This document shows positions 45,191 through 58,934 of a stretch of DNA of 64,000 bases, in pieces. The notes under the pieces are model-generated. The model made no database searches. It was not told where the DNA came from and saw only the letters and a program-made list of their open reading frames with translations. A program made the position numbers and the translations under genes. Position 1 is the first letter of the stretch. Each line of letters starts with the position of its first letter. Origin of the DNA: Eledone cirrhosa (taxonomy: Eukaryota); NCBI GenBank assembly GCA_964016885.1, contig OZ024746.1, positions 86,738,001 to 86,802,000 of the forward strand. Reading direction: 5' to 3'.

Positions 45191-45221
<31 letters not shown>

Positions 45222-45406
45222 AAATTTATATATGTACATATATAATTATATAAACATCACACTGGCTGCGGTAAAAGCTAGTTAGACCAATACTCACCTG
45301 AGTACACGAAACTTGTGGTAGTAGACTGGGTAATATGAAGGATTTGGGATTCAGTTCGGATCTAGCTGTTGAAACGGCAGGAGCTCAGCCGTCGGGGTCT
45401 CGAATC

Positions 45407-45410
<4 letters not shown>
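45058..45410 (-). mobile_element. Two family B elements (45058-45192; diverged 45255-45410)
   Basis: Conserved tail plus gaaacggc...gagctcagccgtcggggtc, each in TA repeats. Confidence 0.7.
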
Positions 45411-45445
<35 letters not shown>

Positions 45446-45452
45446 ATATAGT

Positions 45453-45600
45453 GAAGAAAACACACGAGAAAGAGAGAGTGGTATTCTCTGTAACTTGATA
45501 AACACACACACTCTCTCGTTCTCGTGTGTTTTCTTCTCTTGATTCTTTTTCCTTCGAGCTACAGGGACTAACGCAAGTTTTTAACCCCGTTACTTCATTT

Positions 45601-45602
<2 letters not shown>
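45453..45602 (+). mobile_element. Hairpin+tail insert in (TA)n
   Basis: gaagaaaacacacgagaa.gagagagtg / cactctctcgttctcgtgtgttttcttc, then an ~65-bp tail and (TA)n. Confidence 0.5.
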
Positions 45603-45645
<43 letters not shown>

Positions 45646-47269
45646 AGTGTGTAATGTTTTATTTCTATTGTAGTACAACAAATTACAATGATCGATAGGT
45701 CTTTTTATATTGTTATTCTTCGTAGTGTCTCAAGTGTTAAATATAGATGCGTTAAGAAGAGGAACTACAAATGAAAAGTGTATTTAGATTGTCAGTTTAT
45801 ATTTATATATATACGATGGTATACGACGGAGTGTCGCTCGTCGGGTGGCAAAGCCAAATGTTTTAGAAAGTACTTGTCAATTTCATTAGCTGTAATTATA
45901 TTTTCAACATTTTTGTATCGTGTATCATGATGACCTTCAACTAGATTTTCATGCAGATCTATATTTGTTAAACAGTAGTGGAAATAGAAGCAGTGAATGA
46001 AGTGTTTCCCATTACGAAGTAGAGAGGTTTTGGAACAATTGTTCTAGCAAATTTGTTTTACAAAACAGTTGCATGCCTTATGTCAATTTTCTGAGTATTT
46101 TAGAGCAGTTGCTATACGGAGTTATTTAACCTTCCTCGTATTGACTACGAGATAATGAATCCCTGTAAGGCTCTGGAATACTGTTTAAAAAGTATGTACT
46201 TATAGACATGTATAGTAGAGAGAGGAGATCAAGGAGATAGATAGAGAGGGAGAGATAGAGACAGATTAGGCTGAATTCTGGCATCAATTAATGAAGCAAA
46301 AATAACGATTTAGTTTAATTAGATAGTTTAGCGACAGTTTGACTTTGGCGCTCATAATCATACTGATATTAGAGCTAGACTTATAACCTAACTCCGGCTA
46401 CATTTTCGGAGAAAAAGAAAAACTCGCTGTGCGTTAATAAATATTTCTAGAAATAAATTAAGTTTGTCTCGTATATGGACTTTCTATTTGAAAAATGCTG
46501 CGATGAGACGAAAGTAGTTTGTTTTAAATATATATTTTCATAGTTTCACAAGAAATAACTACGGTTGATTTTCTCTAGATCGGATCTGTGAACAAAAACA
46601 TTTCTGTCTTCAACATCCCGTTATTTCGTACACCAATAACTATATTTTCAAGGTTGAATTTAAATATTCACATTGAAGCTCTCTTCTTAGCGAAACTCAC
46701 ATACTGTGATTTCTGTAAAACCTTGTGTTTCAGTAAATTTACAAAGTTTAAGAAAAACAGACTTCTCTCTTGTTGGTAAGGAAACAAAAATGACGCTGAA
46801 GCAGAATTAATGCGTTTAAGATTTATGTATAAATATATAACAAGCTGTTAAAATATGAGTGATGTCTTCCCCAATTCACACTCTATCTACTTTGAGAAAT
46901 GGAAGACACATTTGATAATATATTGATCCATTAACTATCTGAAATTCCCATCGGGTAATGCATTTACAAATGTGCCATTTGTTAAAAGGAAAAGGCAACA
47001 GAGTCACGGCTGTAGCGTCTTTAATCATAGGTCTACTCATCCAGGGCTGCTCTCAGGCTAAATAACAATAATCAATCATTCATACGCTTTTTCTCGCACA
47101 GACACAATCAGAGGCACGTAGGCATTCATACATGTGCACATACTCATGTGAACACACATATATATTTCGATGCACCCAGACACATAAATACATATATGAA
47201 TACACATTCACACAGACACACACACAATATGGATCTATGTATGTTTGTATATATGTATGTATGTACAAA

Positions 47270-48212
47270 GGGCGTAGGAACTCAGCAGAGTCAACGGCCA
47301 TCAAAATAATACTTTTATTTTCACCTGGGAGTGAAAGGCCCCCAGTTGTTGTCACTACACCTTTCTAAGAGAGGTAAACTCTGAAAAAAGAAAACATGCG
47401 GCTTCGGAAGCATCCAATGATATTGACCAGTTCTCCTTTTCGGGTAGTGTTTTCGACGCTCGGAGATTGGGATTTGTCGAGTGCAAGTCCTTTCCCTACT
47501 TAAAAAATCATCAAAGCACAGGCATTGCTTGTTCAGGATATGGTACAGGTTTGTGTGGCTGGCCGTAGCCTAAATGTGCTCCAGTTTCTAAAATCTGACA
47601 AGCGATTACAATACTCTTAGCAGAGTTTGCAGCCATCATGTATATATGTCTGTATTTATGTATGTATATATGTCAGGTCACCAGTTGGTGCTACTGGTAA
47701 CATGTATTCCAGTACAACCTGTCTCATGGTCGGGTCGTTGGCGACTAAACTGACAACTCCACCAAGGTTTCTTGGTGAGGAGGGTGACTTTGGACATCCT
47801 GCAGGACTATAAACAAAACCTGTCAAAGGGCAAAGGAGCTCTTAACACCTGCTGATATAACACCTGCAACCCTGATGGTATCCAATGATGTTGACTTGTT
47901 CTTCTCTTTGGTAAATATCATCTTGGTTAAGAGAGTTGGACTGGCTTTGTGCAGTGCCTTTGCTCACTATAAAAGCTTCACGGCACAGGCATTGCTTTAT
48001 ATCTGGAGATCTCTCTGCACTTGTCGTCACATGGTACCATGGGCCCAGCAATATGTGTCAATAATTGTCACAAGTGTAGTGTTTGTATCATAGTTTTCAA
48101 GTCGCTGGCTGGACTAGAAAGCCACACTCGTTCAGCGCACCGGTAGGGGTTCTCCTACATGGATATAAAGTAATGGCCGTACTCGAAAACGAGTTGGCAG
48201 CCACCATATATG
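47270..48212 (+). mobile_element. Two tandem family C elements separated by (TATG)n
   Basis: 47270-47640 and 47670-48212 both end gcagcca(t/c)cat followed by tatg-like repeats. Confidence 0.6.
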
Positions 48213-49290
48213 TATGCATGTATATATTTATGTATGTATATATGCATGTAAGTACGTATGTATGCATGCATATATGTATGTGTGCATGTATGCTTGCATA
48301 TATGTATATGTGTATGTGTGTACGTATGTATGCGTGAATGTAGGTGTATGTGTGTGTGTTTGTGTGTATGTGTGTGTGTGTGGCTTATTCATATTTAATT
48401 AGATATATGCGAAGATTGCTATTTTATAATTGCTATTCGTAAAGTGTTAACATAATTCCGCTGTGTAAATATAGTGACAATGACGTCATATGCAAATTCA
48501 GATCCAATGGAAATGAAGTTATAGAAATCAATAAATGATATTTCATTATCTTGTCTTTTAAAGGTGGCTAATTGACAGAGTCGATAAAATGTCCGGTAGT
48601 CTACTTTGCGCTGTTTCTTCTGTTTATCTGCGCTGTGAGATCAAATTTTACTGTGTTTAAATTCAACTTTCATTCAGTCAAAGTTGACAAATAAAAAACT
48701 GTCACCTTTGAGACCCCAGGTGTACTCAGACTCCATTCTGACGAGCTCTTCCACAAGATCGGAAAGTCAACAGTCCGTCTGAGTGAAGGAGCCCACGAGG
48801 TGGGTTGGCTGTTGTTCCCGGAAATGTTCCGTGGAGCGTGCCCTAGGCTTAGAGCCCATCACCCTCCACCTTTCCATCTACCTTTCTACTGTAGCCCTAG
48901 AGTCCTTGCCTTTCCCATCCCTTTTCTTTCATTTAATGCTTCATTAGTCTCTTCCTCTAGGTTCCCATACAGCCAGATCTGCCCTTCCTTAACCCTTACA
49001 AAAATATGTACCGTAACATGAATTTAGATAATATATGTAAACACTTTGATTATAGAGAATATAAAAGAATACTACAAGTACTAACCAACTTCTGAGATGT
49101 ATAAGATTTATTGATAACTATAATTAATTGGTTTGATTATTGCCACCACAGTACAAATATCCTTATTATAATACTCTGATTCTAGATTAATTTCTGATAT
49201 AATTGAGTAAAAAGATAGTGTGTGGCACGCTGTTACATTACCATAGGTGTTCAATGCATTTTGTGGTAGTGTGGTTCCATAAATCTATTA

Positions 49291-49344
<54 letters not shown>

Positions 49345-49351
<7 letters not shown>

Positions 49352-49547
49352 AGTGTTTTTTTTTTACAAAATGAAAAATAACCGAGGTGCCCTACACGAG
49401 TGAAAGTATAAAGAAAAAAAGATGAAATCGAAAATGCAACTGGAGTCTTATTTAAAAAAATATATATATATTTATTTGGTTCCGTTACCGGTTTCACAGC
49501 TCTTCTACTTTTCAAAAGTAGAGTTGAGATGGAGGGTCTGTGTTTTT

Positions 49548-49548
<1 letters not shown>
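49345..49548 (-). mobile_element. Family D insert, second copy
   Basis: Reverse complement of 18822-19030. Minus 49482-49519 reads actt-TTGAAAA-gtag(aagag)ctgt-GAAA-ccgg-TA-acgg. Confidence 0.7.
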
Positions 49549-49579
<31 letters not shown>

Positions 49580-49733
49580 ATGATACAAGGATGATTTGTT
49601 CAGCCTTCATTACGTGTATTGATCAGCTGAAGGTTCGATCTGTATCGATCTGATCCGACTCTGGAATCAAAAACTCGTCAGACTTCTGCTGTCCACCTGG
49701 GTGAACCTACAGTAACTTCACGTTACACTCCCT

Positions 49734-49792
<59 letters not shown>

Positions 49793-51252
49793 AGAGTACA
49801 GCGAGAGAGAGAGAGAGAGAAAGAGATATGAGAGAGAAAGGGGTAAAGAGAGAAGAGAGAAAAGTGGATTCTAATTTGATCGAATCAACTGTTTAAGCTG
49901 GCTGTCCGCTCTTTGTAGAGCTTCGCTTTCTTGCACCGATAATTTTCTCATGTTAGATCTCATATGGCTTCAAAGGTATTTCCTGAGCTGAGCGCCAATA
50001 CCGCAGCAATGTCTGATTTCAGTATTGGCTCCATTTTCTCTGTTTATTGTAAATAATCAAGTGCCACTTCTATCCTCCACGTTATTTGTCGGTTTCTTTG
50101 ACAACTATTGTGTTGCAACTAGTCATCCGGAATGAAATTCCAATAATTTACGTGTGTCCTGTCTACGTGAATGCACTGGTGCCATCTCACACAATGATAA
50201 GATAGGCATAATGTTCTGCTCAAGGAATATTTAAAGAAAGAGAGAACCACGCTCAATTCTATTGATAATAATCTATTTTTTACATAGGTTTCTTTGCATT
50301 TTCACATGTTTCACTCTATCAAAGTCAAAACATTTAAAACCGCTCCAAATTGTAGCTCACCACATTTCCCTAATTGCCGTCAATGATATAAGATTTTGTA
50401 ACATATTTTAAGACATTTCAAATTTGAATTTTAAGAGTCTTGGAATGTTTTCCTAGACTTACTATTTATTCTCTCTCCTGGCATAAGCTTATCATAAAAC
50501 ATTCGCTTGGGGATGCGTTCGTCATCCACAAATCAAATGAAATATCACTTATAAATAAATTTCAAATGAAATATCACTTCAGTAAATATCTAAATGGGTT
50601 TGGGAACGAGAAGCCGAACCATCCTGAATTTGCAGTTGTAGCAGGGAACCACCGCCTGCGCTAGGTCATCCTCCTGCTATTGTGGCATCTACAGGTAAAC
50701 CCTAAACAATGAAATCAAAAGTGTTTGCAATTTGACTGCTGGAATATACGTGCACTCTTGGAGAATAATAGCTTTGAAATAGTGGAAAGTCGAAGAGAAT
50801 TAATTGCTTACCAATTTGGTAAATATGAACTAGACATGCCTGCATGGAAATGGCCAACTTGCAGAAAGCTCTCCAGGGTATACATTCTTCTATAAGAGTG
50901 TACTGAAAGGTCATAGGTGAGATCCTAGCGTTGGTTTTGCTTTCAAAATTCTATTTGGAGTCGTATTCAGGAATTTCCCTCTGATATTTCTAAACGCATC
51001 ATTCCATTTCAATTTCAAAGCAAAAGTGGATTCTTCACCATAATACATACATATTTACATACATACATATATATGATATATACATACATACAAAGATGCA
51101 TACATATATAAATACATACATACATACATATATACCTACCTACCTACCTTCCTACATGCATACATACATGCATCCAAACCGAAATAACAAAGCAACCGAC
51201 ACAGTATATAGAAAAAATATATTAGTTTAATGCTTTAAATATCAGGAAACGA

Positions 51253-51290
51253 GTCGTAACGTTTCGGACACTAGCCCTTCATCAGAAGAT
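51253..51290 (-). ncRNA. Minimal hammerhead motif with decayed stem I
   Basis: atctt-CTGATGA-a-gggc(tagt)gtcc-GAAA-cg-TT-acgac. Lies about 100 bp from a TA tract. Confidence 0.55.
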
Positions 51291-51442
51291 AGAATTAGAA
51301 ATAACAAATAGAAAGATAAAGAGTGAGAAGAACATGGAACGGAAAAAAATGCGAAACAAAAGCTCACCTTCATATCAGTCAGCCATTTTGGATATATATA
51401 TATATATTATACAGATATGTGCATATACGTATGTATATGTAC

Positions 51443-51532
<90 letters not shown>

Positions 51533-51540
<8 letters not shown>

Positions 51541-51986
51541 ATACTTTGGGAGGGTCATGTTGCCAATAAGAAATACACGCACCAGTTGCTTTCACTTCAA
51601 TTTATTATATATTTATAAATTTATAAATTTACAAATCTACAAATTTATAAATTTCTGGTTGGTTGGTTGGTTCCACAACCAGATAGTTGTTTATATATAG
51701 TCATAGTCCTTTCGTCACACACTCTGTGACCTCTTCACTGACTGGAGATCCCTTTCTTTGTTTCTGTGCCTTTCCTTTCTTCTGTCCTACGCCATTTTGG
51801 CGTAGGACAGAAATTTATAAGTTTGTAGATTTGTAAATTTATAAATTTATAAATATATAATAAATTGAAGTGAAAGCAACTGGTGCGTGTATTTCTTATT
51901 GGCAACATGACCCTCCTAAAGTATAACAATATCGGTTTCAACACACGATTTCAGATAAAGAATCTTGCTAAACAAATTCAGAAACG

Positions 51987-51990
<4 letters not shown>
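51533..51990. mobile_element. TA-embedded insert with ~120-bp inverted repeats, an internal hammerhead-like motif and a small hairpin
   Basis: 51533-51656 is inverted at 51808-51932. Hairpin ttctgtcctacgcc / ggcgtaggacagaa at 51780-51812. Minus 51699-51743 reads agtca-GTGAAGA-ggtcac(agagtgt)gtgac-GAAA-ggac-TA-tgact. Confidence 0.7.
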
Positions 51991-52065
<75 letters not shown>

Positions 52066-52287
52066 TGTGTGTGTATGTATGTGTGTGTGTGTATTTGTTT
52101 CTCACTAGTCAGTTCTTTCGTTGCTACAGATCACGCAGCTGAATTAGCGGTCGCTATTTTCAATTTGCAAAGCCCTTTAAACTGTATGTTATTACTCTGA
52201 GGTCTATACCTTGTCGAGTGCTTGGCTGCACTGCAGAAGGCATTCGTTGGCTTAGCTGCTACTCGAACTTCGAATATGCTGTACTTT

Positions 52288-52355
<68 letters not shown>

Positions 52356-52365
52356 AAATAGTTGA

Positions 52366-52411
<46 letters not shown>

Positions 52412-52414
<3 letters not shown>

Positions 52415-52573
52415 CAAAGAGGGTGTGGTAAGATAGCAGGTGGACCTTAATGCACCAGAGTACTCAATACTTAGGGTAGTGGAGTGGGTAATAGGAAAGA
52501 GTCAGGACTCCGAACTGTTTGGATCTGGCTGTCGAAACGGCCGGAGCTCAGCCGTCGAGGTCCTCACTCTTTT

Positions 52574-52577
<4 letters not shown>
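52412..52577 (-). mobile_element. Family B hairpin+tail element
   Basis: Conserved tail and arms, with long (TA)n on both sides. Confidence 0.8.
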
Positions 52578-52640
<63 letters not shown>

Positions 52641-53925
52641 GGTATGATTCCCAATTTGAATTGTATCCTCCCAAAGAAAAAATGAAATAATGATGAAAAA
52701 ATAAACACTGAGAGACTAGTTTACATTCGATTTTGTTACAGAATCCATTTTTGAAAATACCATGAATAGCTACAAAATTGAGAATTATTTATGAGGAAAA
52801 ATAAAGTACGAGGGAAAAAAAAATGAGCGATCGACAAATTTAGTAAAGATTACTAAATGAGAAAGAAGAGTAAAATGAATGTGGAAAAAGCAATGATTAT
52901 TTGCATTAAAATATCTCCTAAAAGTCAACAAGAAAATACATTTGCACAAGTTTGAAATTGGTTCGGAATCTTGATAAAATTGACCCAATATGAAATGTAT
53001 TAAACGAAGGATATTTCAAGAAATGTTATCATCATTTTAAGCATGTGGATGATTGACCCCTCAAAAATTGAAACAGTATGTAAAATAACAGGTTTAACAA
53101 TGCAGAGCGATGCGGAATAGAATCTATTTTCGTTTATGTGAATTTATGTTATTCAATTTATTTTACAAATAACCTTAAGCAATGACGATAACTTAAAAAG
53201 AAAACAAAAGAAAGAAATATAGAAAATATAAACAAAACAAAAAATAAATAATAAAATCCACAAACAAACAGGAAACTAAAACAAGAAAATATTAAGATGC
53301 TATATAAAATATCGTGCCTAACTGTAAAGAATTGCGCGTATCAATAAGAATGAAAATATTTAAAGGTTTCTGAATTTAATTATATTTAGCATAAAGTGAA
53401 GATAAGTACACAATTATTATATTTATGTTTTTTTTCTTTCACGAAATGATAATTTTAATCATCTTAAAAAACATAATACGTAATACCACTCAAATTCTAA
53501 TTCATGCAACAATGAAACAGAATGCATTTAAAAATAAATTGCAATGCATAATTTAAAGTTTATTGTATGTAGATCATAAACATTTATGGTATAAAAGGGT
53601 TTTATAAACATATTATGAATATATGAATCACACGTACATAATATGATTCTGTAGATTTATATAAATACATACACACTCTCCACCACCTCTCTCTCTCACA
53701 TAATACACACACATATTTATATATATATACATATACATATATATATATTTGTATATATATATATATACATACACACATGCACACTCATATATATATATAT
53801 ATAAATATATAACAAGAAGAAAGTAACTACATGATTGTATTATACACACATGCACATACAATATAGATACAACGAATCGAACATTATTATAAGTGTTAGA
53901 TATAACCCATACGTACATACATATA

Positions 53926-54013
<88 letters not shown>

Positions 54014-54259
54014 TGTGTGTGTGTATATAAAGTTAACTGATGAAAAATTGCTACTCAATATTTAAGCTCAATGTGTTTATGCCATTGCAAATAGAAATAT
54101 AAAGAAGTGTTATTTACGACTAAGAGTCGAAAGGTGGCAAAGTTAACAGAATTTATAGAACAAATTGAGATGACAGATAACATTTCTTAAAACATTTAAT
54201 TCTATACAAATGTTTCAACACATTTCCTTGTTAAATATATGACCAGGATAGACATAATA

Positions 54260-54876
54260 TAATTGTTTCTACTTTTGGCAAAAGGCCAGCAATTATCCTA
54301 GTACATTACTGGTGTTTTATTTTATCGACCCCATAAGGAGGAAAGGCAAATTGAACCTCGGCGGGATTTGAACTCTAATCATAAAGGGCAGTAACTCTAT
54401 GCTGCCAATCCACCGCCTTATTTAATAATGATAATAATAATGATTTTTATTATAGGCCCAAGGCAGGGCAATTTGGTAAGTGGGGAAGTCGATTAAATCG
54501 ACTCGAGTGAATTACTGGTACTTTATTTTATCGATGAGAGGATGAAAGGCAAAGATAACATTGGTGAATTTTGAACTCAGAACGTAAAAGGCGGTAACTC
54601 TATACTGCAAAGCATGGTATCCAACACTCTACCGATTTTGCCAATACAATGGTAATCATGATAATAATTGTTTCTACTTTTGGCACAAGGCCAGTAATTT
54701 GGGGGGAGGGGAAAGTCGATTAAATCGACCCCAGTGCGTGACTGGTACTTTATTTTATCGACCCCATAAGGATGAAAGGCAAAGTCAACCTCGGCGGGAT
54801 TTGAAATCAGATCGTAAAGGGACGTAACTATGCTGGAAAGCATGGCGTCCGACCGATACTGCCAATCTACCGCCCT
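54260..54876 (-). mobile_element. Three head-to-tail SINE copies
   Basis: About 54260-54418, 54440-54643 and 54665-54875, separated by (AAT)n. Confidence 0.85.
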
Positions 54877-54889
54877 AATAATAATAATA

Positions 54890-57420
54890 ATAATGATTTC
54901 ATTTATTGGCCACAAGGGCCGACATATAGGGGACAATACAAAAGACTGGAACAGTGTGGTTTTACAGAAAAATCGTGTAAACAATATGAATCACAATAAC
55001 AAAGTAACAATAAAATTACAACAAGAAAAAATTCCCCAATAGGGGGGATGACCACCCAGGGTTCGTTCAGGTACCCTACCAATCCTGAACGACCCGACGC
55101 TTCGAGAGCACCTTGGAAGGGCACCCCCTCTCCTCCTCAAATTTACCTACCTACAGCCGCATGACCAGAGTAGGCCCACTCACACGGGCCATTCTAGCCA
55201 CATACACCCATCTTTCAGCAAATGTACTGGGGGGGCAGCACTTCTCTCTCCACCTTCACCTTCCTTTCCAAGTGAAACTTGAAAAAGTTGATGAGGGATT
55301 GGCCGAAGAGAAAAGTGTCTGTCTTCACTCCTTTCAACCTCGTCCACCATACCACCTCTTTCGCTACAGCCACCAGACAGAGGAAAATAGCCTGCGCTTC
55401 CTGGCCAAAAGAAGGCGGGGGGTCGATCTTCACTATGGACTCGGCCGATAGCCGGATCCGTTCTACACGCGACAACAGCTGTTCAACATAACTCCACAAG
55501 TCAGTAATGCACGGACACTGGACGAGTGCGTGCAGAACGGTTTCGTCTCTCTGCGCGCATCTCGGGCAGGTCCGTCTGACAGCACTTCCGTGCATGTAGA
55601 GTTTATCTCGAACCGGTATCACTGCCAAGCGAGGTATTTTTGGAAATTATCCATCGTCCCGGGCTCGAAAGTCCTCCGGTACAGACTGGTTAGTTCGACT
55701 TCGTTGACTCCCAGAGCCTCTCCGAGTGCATCATCGCACTTGCCCACCACTAATCCTCTATAGAACTCGAGAGTGGAAGTTCCACTGACCGCATTGCCCG
55801 CCTAGCAGAGGGTAGTGAGTGCCTGGCAACATTCCAGATGCCAGTCACCCAGTCTCGGTCTCTTCTTAACCCAGGACTGCAGCTCAGTCAAAGAAACGAG
55901 CTGCGGAAAGGCCCGTCTGACAAACGGCGACCACACCTGTTCACCGTTTAGGCAGAATGCCTGGAGATGCCGCAGCCTCAGCGCATGCCTGCGCATCATT
56001 AGCCACGGCATGCCCAGCCCTCCACGTAGAGGGATCGCCTCACCAGCGGAACGTGGCCCCTCCACAATAATTTGAAGAGGAGCCGCTCCAAGATGGCGAG
56101 GCGCGAACGGGGGCAAGGGACGATGGTCAGACGGTAGTAGATGACGGACGCGATGTATGCGTTCGCCACCTCCGCCCGACCTTTCAGTGATAGCTTCATC
56201 CCCGCCCATTTCTGGGTGAGACTGGCTACCCAGCCCATCACCTCGTCCCAATTATTATCCACCAAGAGGTTTGGCCTGAACCAAACCTCTAGAAACTTTA
56301 CCGGTCCGTCCGTCCAGCGTCTAACGACGCTGTTGTACGGCATGGACTTGTCTCTCTAGGTGCCGAGCTGCAAGCCCACCGACTTTTGCGGGTTAAGTTT
56401 TGCTCCCGCCAACCTTTCATATTCCTCCAATAAGTTGGCGACCACCTCGATTTCTGAGGTGTCCGACACCATCACGGTGATGTCGTCCGCATAAGCCGAC
56501 ACAGCCTTTCCGCGTCCCGGTTCGAGCGGGATGCCCTGCAACAGCTCTAGCTTCCGCAGTAAAGGCTTGAGAGTCAATACGCACAGAAGGGAGGAGAGAG
56601 GGCACCCTTGAAGGGCCGATCGGGAGACCTGAAACGGTTCCGAGAGGTGGCCATTCATTTTGACCATCGAGCAGGTGCCGCTGTGCATTGCAGTGATCCA
56701 GCTTCTGAAGACGGGGCCGAAGCCAGCCGCCTTGAGGACAGCCTCTAGGTACCGATGGTTGACCCTATCGAATGCTTTCGATTGATCTAAATTGATCAGA
56801 GCCCCACCGAAGCCTGGTTTACACGTACCCTCTCTATGATGTATCGCATTAGGTGGAGGTTGTCGTGTATGGAACTGGTTTGGATTGCGCAAGTTTGCAC
56901 CTCCCCAACCAAATCCCCGACGACAAGCGCCAACCTCTTCGCTAACACCCTGGCCAAAATCTTAAACTCTGTGTTGAGCAGAGTTATGGGCCTGAAATTG
57001 TCTAATGTGTCCCTCTTGTTCTCGTCTTTCCTTATCAGCGTCACTACGCCCCGGCTCACGGAACTGAGAATACTCCCGTTTTGCTGCCAGTTGCAGTAAA
57101 GGGCTTCGAGGAGATTGGAGAACAAGTCTGGCATATTTACGTAAAGTTCGTAGGGCAGATCATCCAAACCGGGTGACTTGCGCCTCATGCAGCCGACAAG
57201 GGCATCCTGAATCTCGGCTGAAGTAATTGGCCATTCGCAGCGCCCAGCGTCAGCCGCCGAGAATTGCGGCAAGCCTTCGAGGTAGGGACTGAAGTCCGCC
57301 ACCATCTCTGACCCGTCACTTCCTCCGAACAACCGAGCTAAATGTTGGTGAAAGGCCTCACACATCCGCTTGGAATCGCTCAGCTCGTGTGCGTCTCGGT
57401 CCGTCAAAGACCGAATCGTG
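54890..57420 (-). mobile_element. 5'-truncated Tx1/L1-clade LINE (frameshifted ORF2: RT plus C-terminal zinc motif, and 3' UTR)
   Basis: Minus ORFs contain KSPGLDDLPYELY, NFRPITLLNTEFKILA, LDQSKAFDRV, QGCPLS, YADDITV, WAGMKLSLKGRA and CPRC...ETVLHALVQCP. Confidence 0.9.
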
Positions 57421-58798
57421 GATGAAGAGGCTAAACTGAGCAGAAGTAACGGAATCCAAGTACCAACAGATGAGATGATAAAGGAAATTGACACTGAAGA
57501 AGGATACAAATATTTAGGTGTTCTAGAGGCTGATGACATCAAGAACAAAAAAAAAATGAAGGAATTGATAAGATCTGAGTACATTAGGAGAGTACCGAGC
57601 GTATTAAAATCACGTCTAAATAGTAGGAATGTCATAAGTGCAGTGAATTCCCGAGCTGTGTCTATTATCAGGTACAGTGCGGGAATTCTGAAATGGAATG
57701 TTGCTGAACAAAAAGAAATGGATAGGAAGACAAGGAAGCTATTGACTATATATAATATGTTCCACAAGAGGGGTGATGTCGATAGAATCTACTTAAAGAC
57801 ATCTAAAGATGGAAGAGGTCTTATCAGCATAGAGGACTGTATGGAGAAAAACAACCTGCACAAATACGTGACCGACAGTAGGGAGCCAATGCTCAGAATT
57901 GTACTGAAGGCGAGAACAATAGATCAGGTGATGTACAAGGAGGAAATAACAACAAGGAGGAAGCGCAACCTTCATGAAAAATCCCTTCATAGTACCTTCT
58001 TTGAGAAAACTGAATTTAGAGATCCACAGACATGGAACTGGTTGAAAAGAGGAGACCTTAAAAAGGCTACAGAAGGAATGCTAATGGCTGCGCAAGAGCA
58101 GGCACTCAAAACGAATTGGGTGAAACACCATATTTACAGGGAGGAGGCTAGCCCACTGTGTCGGATCTGTGGAGAGAGAGAGAGGAGACTGTGGATCACA
58201 TTGTATCCGAGTGTAAACACTTATAAAGGCTGGAGACATGATGTGATGGGCAGAGTGATCCACTGGCATCTATGCAAAGTAAACAATTTACCACATTCTG
58301 AGAAGTGGTATGAGCATAAGCCAGAGCTGGTGATAGAAAACGATCAAGTGAAGGTGCTATGGGATTTTAGGATACAAACTATAACACAATAGGCCTGACC
58401 TGATGGTTTTGGACAAGGAAAAAAGATCGTGCCTGATTGAAGATGTAGATCTGCCCATTTGACACGAGAGTGCAAGAAAAGGAGAGGGAGAAAATTAACA
58501 GATACCAGGATTTAAAGTGGGGGGTAAAAAGGATTTTGAACTGCCATAAGGTCAAGGTCGTTCCGATTGTTATAGGAGCACTAGGTACTAACTCAAAGAG
58601 TTTCCAAGGATGGTTAAAAAGATTAGTCCAGCCCCGCTTTTTGGAACACTTAAAAACGCATGCTTGCTGGGAACAGCAAGAACCCTCCGATACGTCCTGA
58701 ATATCTGAGGCTGCAGGTAGCGGCTTGATATTCATTTCAACAAACTTTCCAGTTAAATAACATCAATGACTGAGACTCAAAGAACAATAATAATAATA
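57421..58798 (+). mobile_element. 5'-truncated R4/Dong-like LINE (RT C-terminus, CCHC motif, restriction-like endonuclease) with (TAA)n end
   Basis: YKYLG, LMAAQEQAL, CRICG, RHDVMGRVIHWHLC, WYEHKP..VLWDFRIQT, then RPDL and EKINRYQDL..VVPIVIGALG in shifted frames. Confidence 0.85.
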
Positions 58799-58880
58799 GT
58801 TTCTACTTTTGGCACAAGGCCAGCAATTATCCCCGTGCATTATTTTATCGACCCTGTAAGGATGAAAGGCAAAGTTAATT
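58795..58880 (-). mobile_element. SINE 3' fragment
   Basis: ttctacttttggcacaaggccagcaatt...aaggatgaaaggcaaagttaa. Confidence 0.75.
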
Positions 58881-58934
58881 CCCCGCTCGCAAGTGTTGAA
58901 TAGAACAAATTACTGTTACATCTTCTTTGTTAAA

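Noticed and set aside
48725-48786. CTGACGA-gctcttcc...ggaaagtc hammerhead-like start
   Set aside because: No GAAA box follows the stem II pairing, and stem I is out of register.
49625-49690. Minus-strand CTGACGA with a weak stem
   Set aside because: GATA instead of GAAA and poor pairing.
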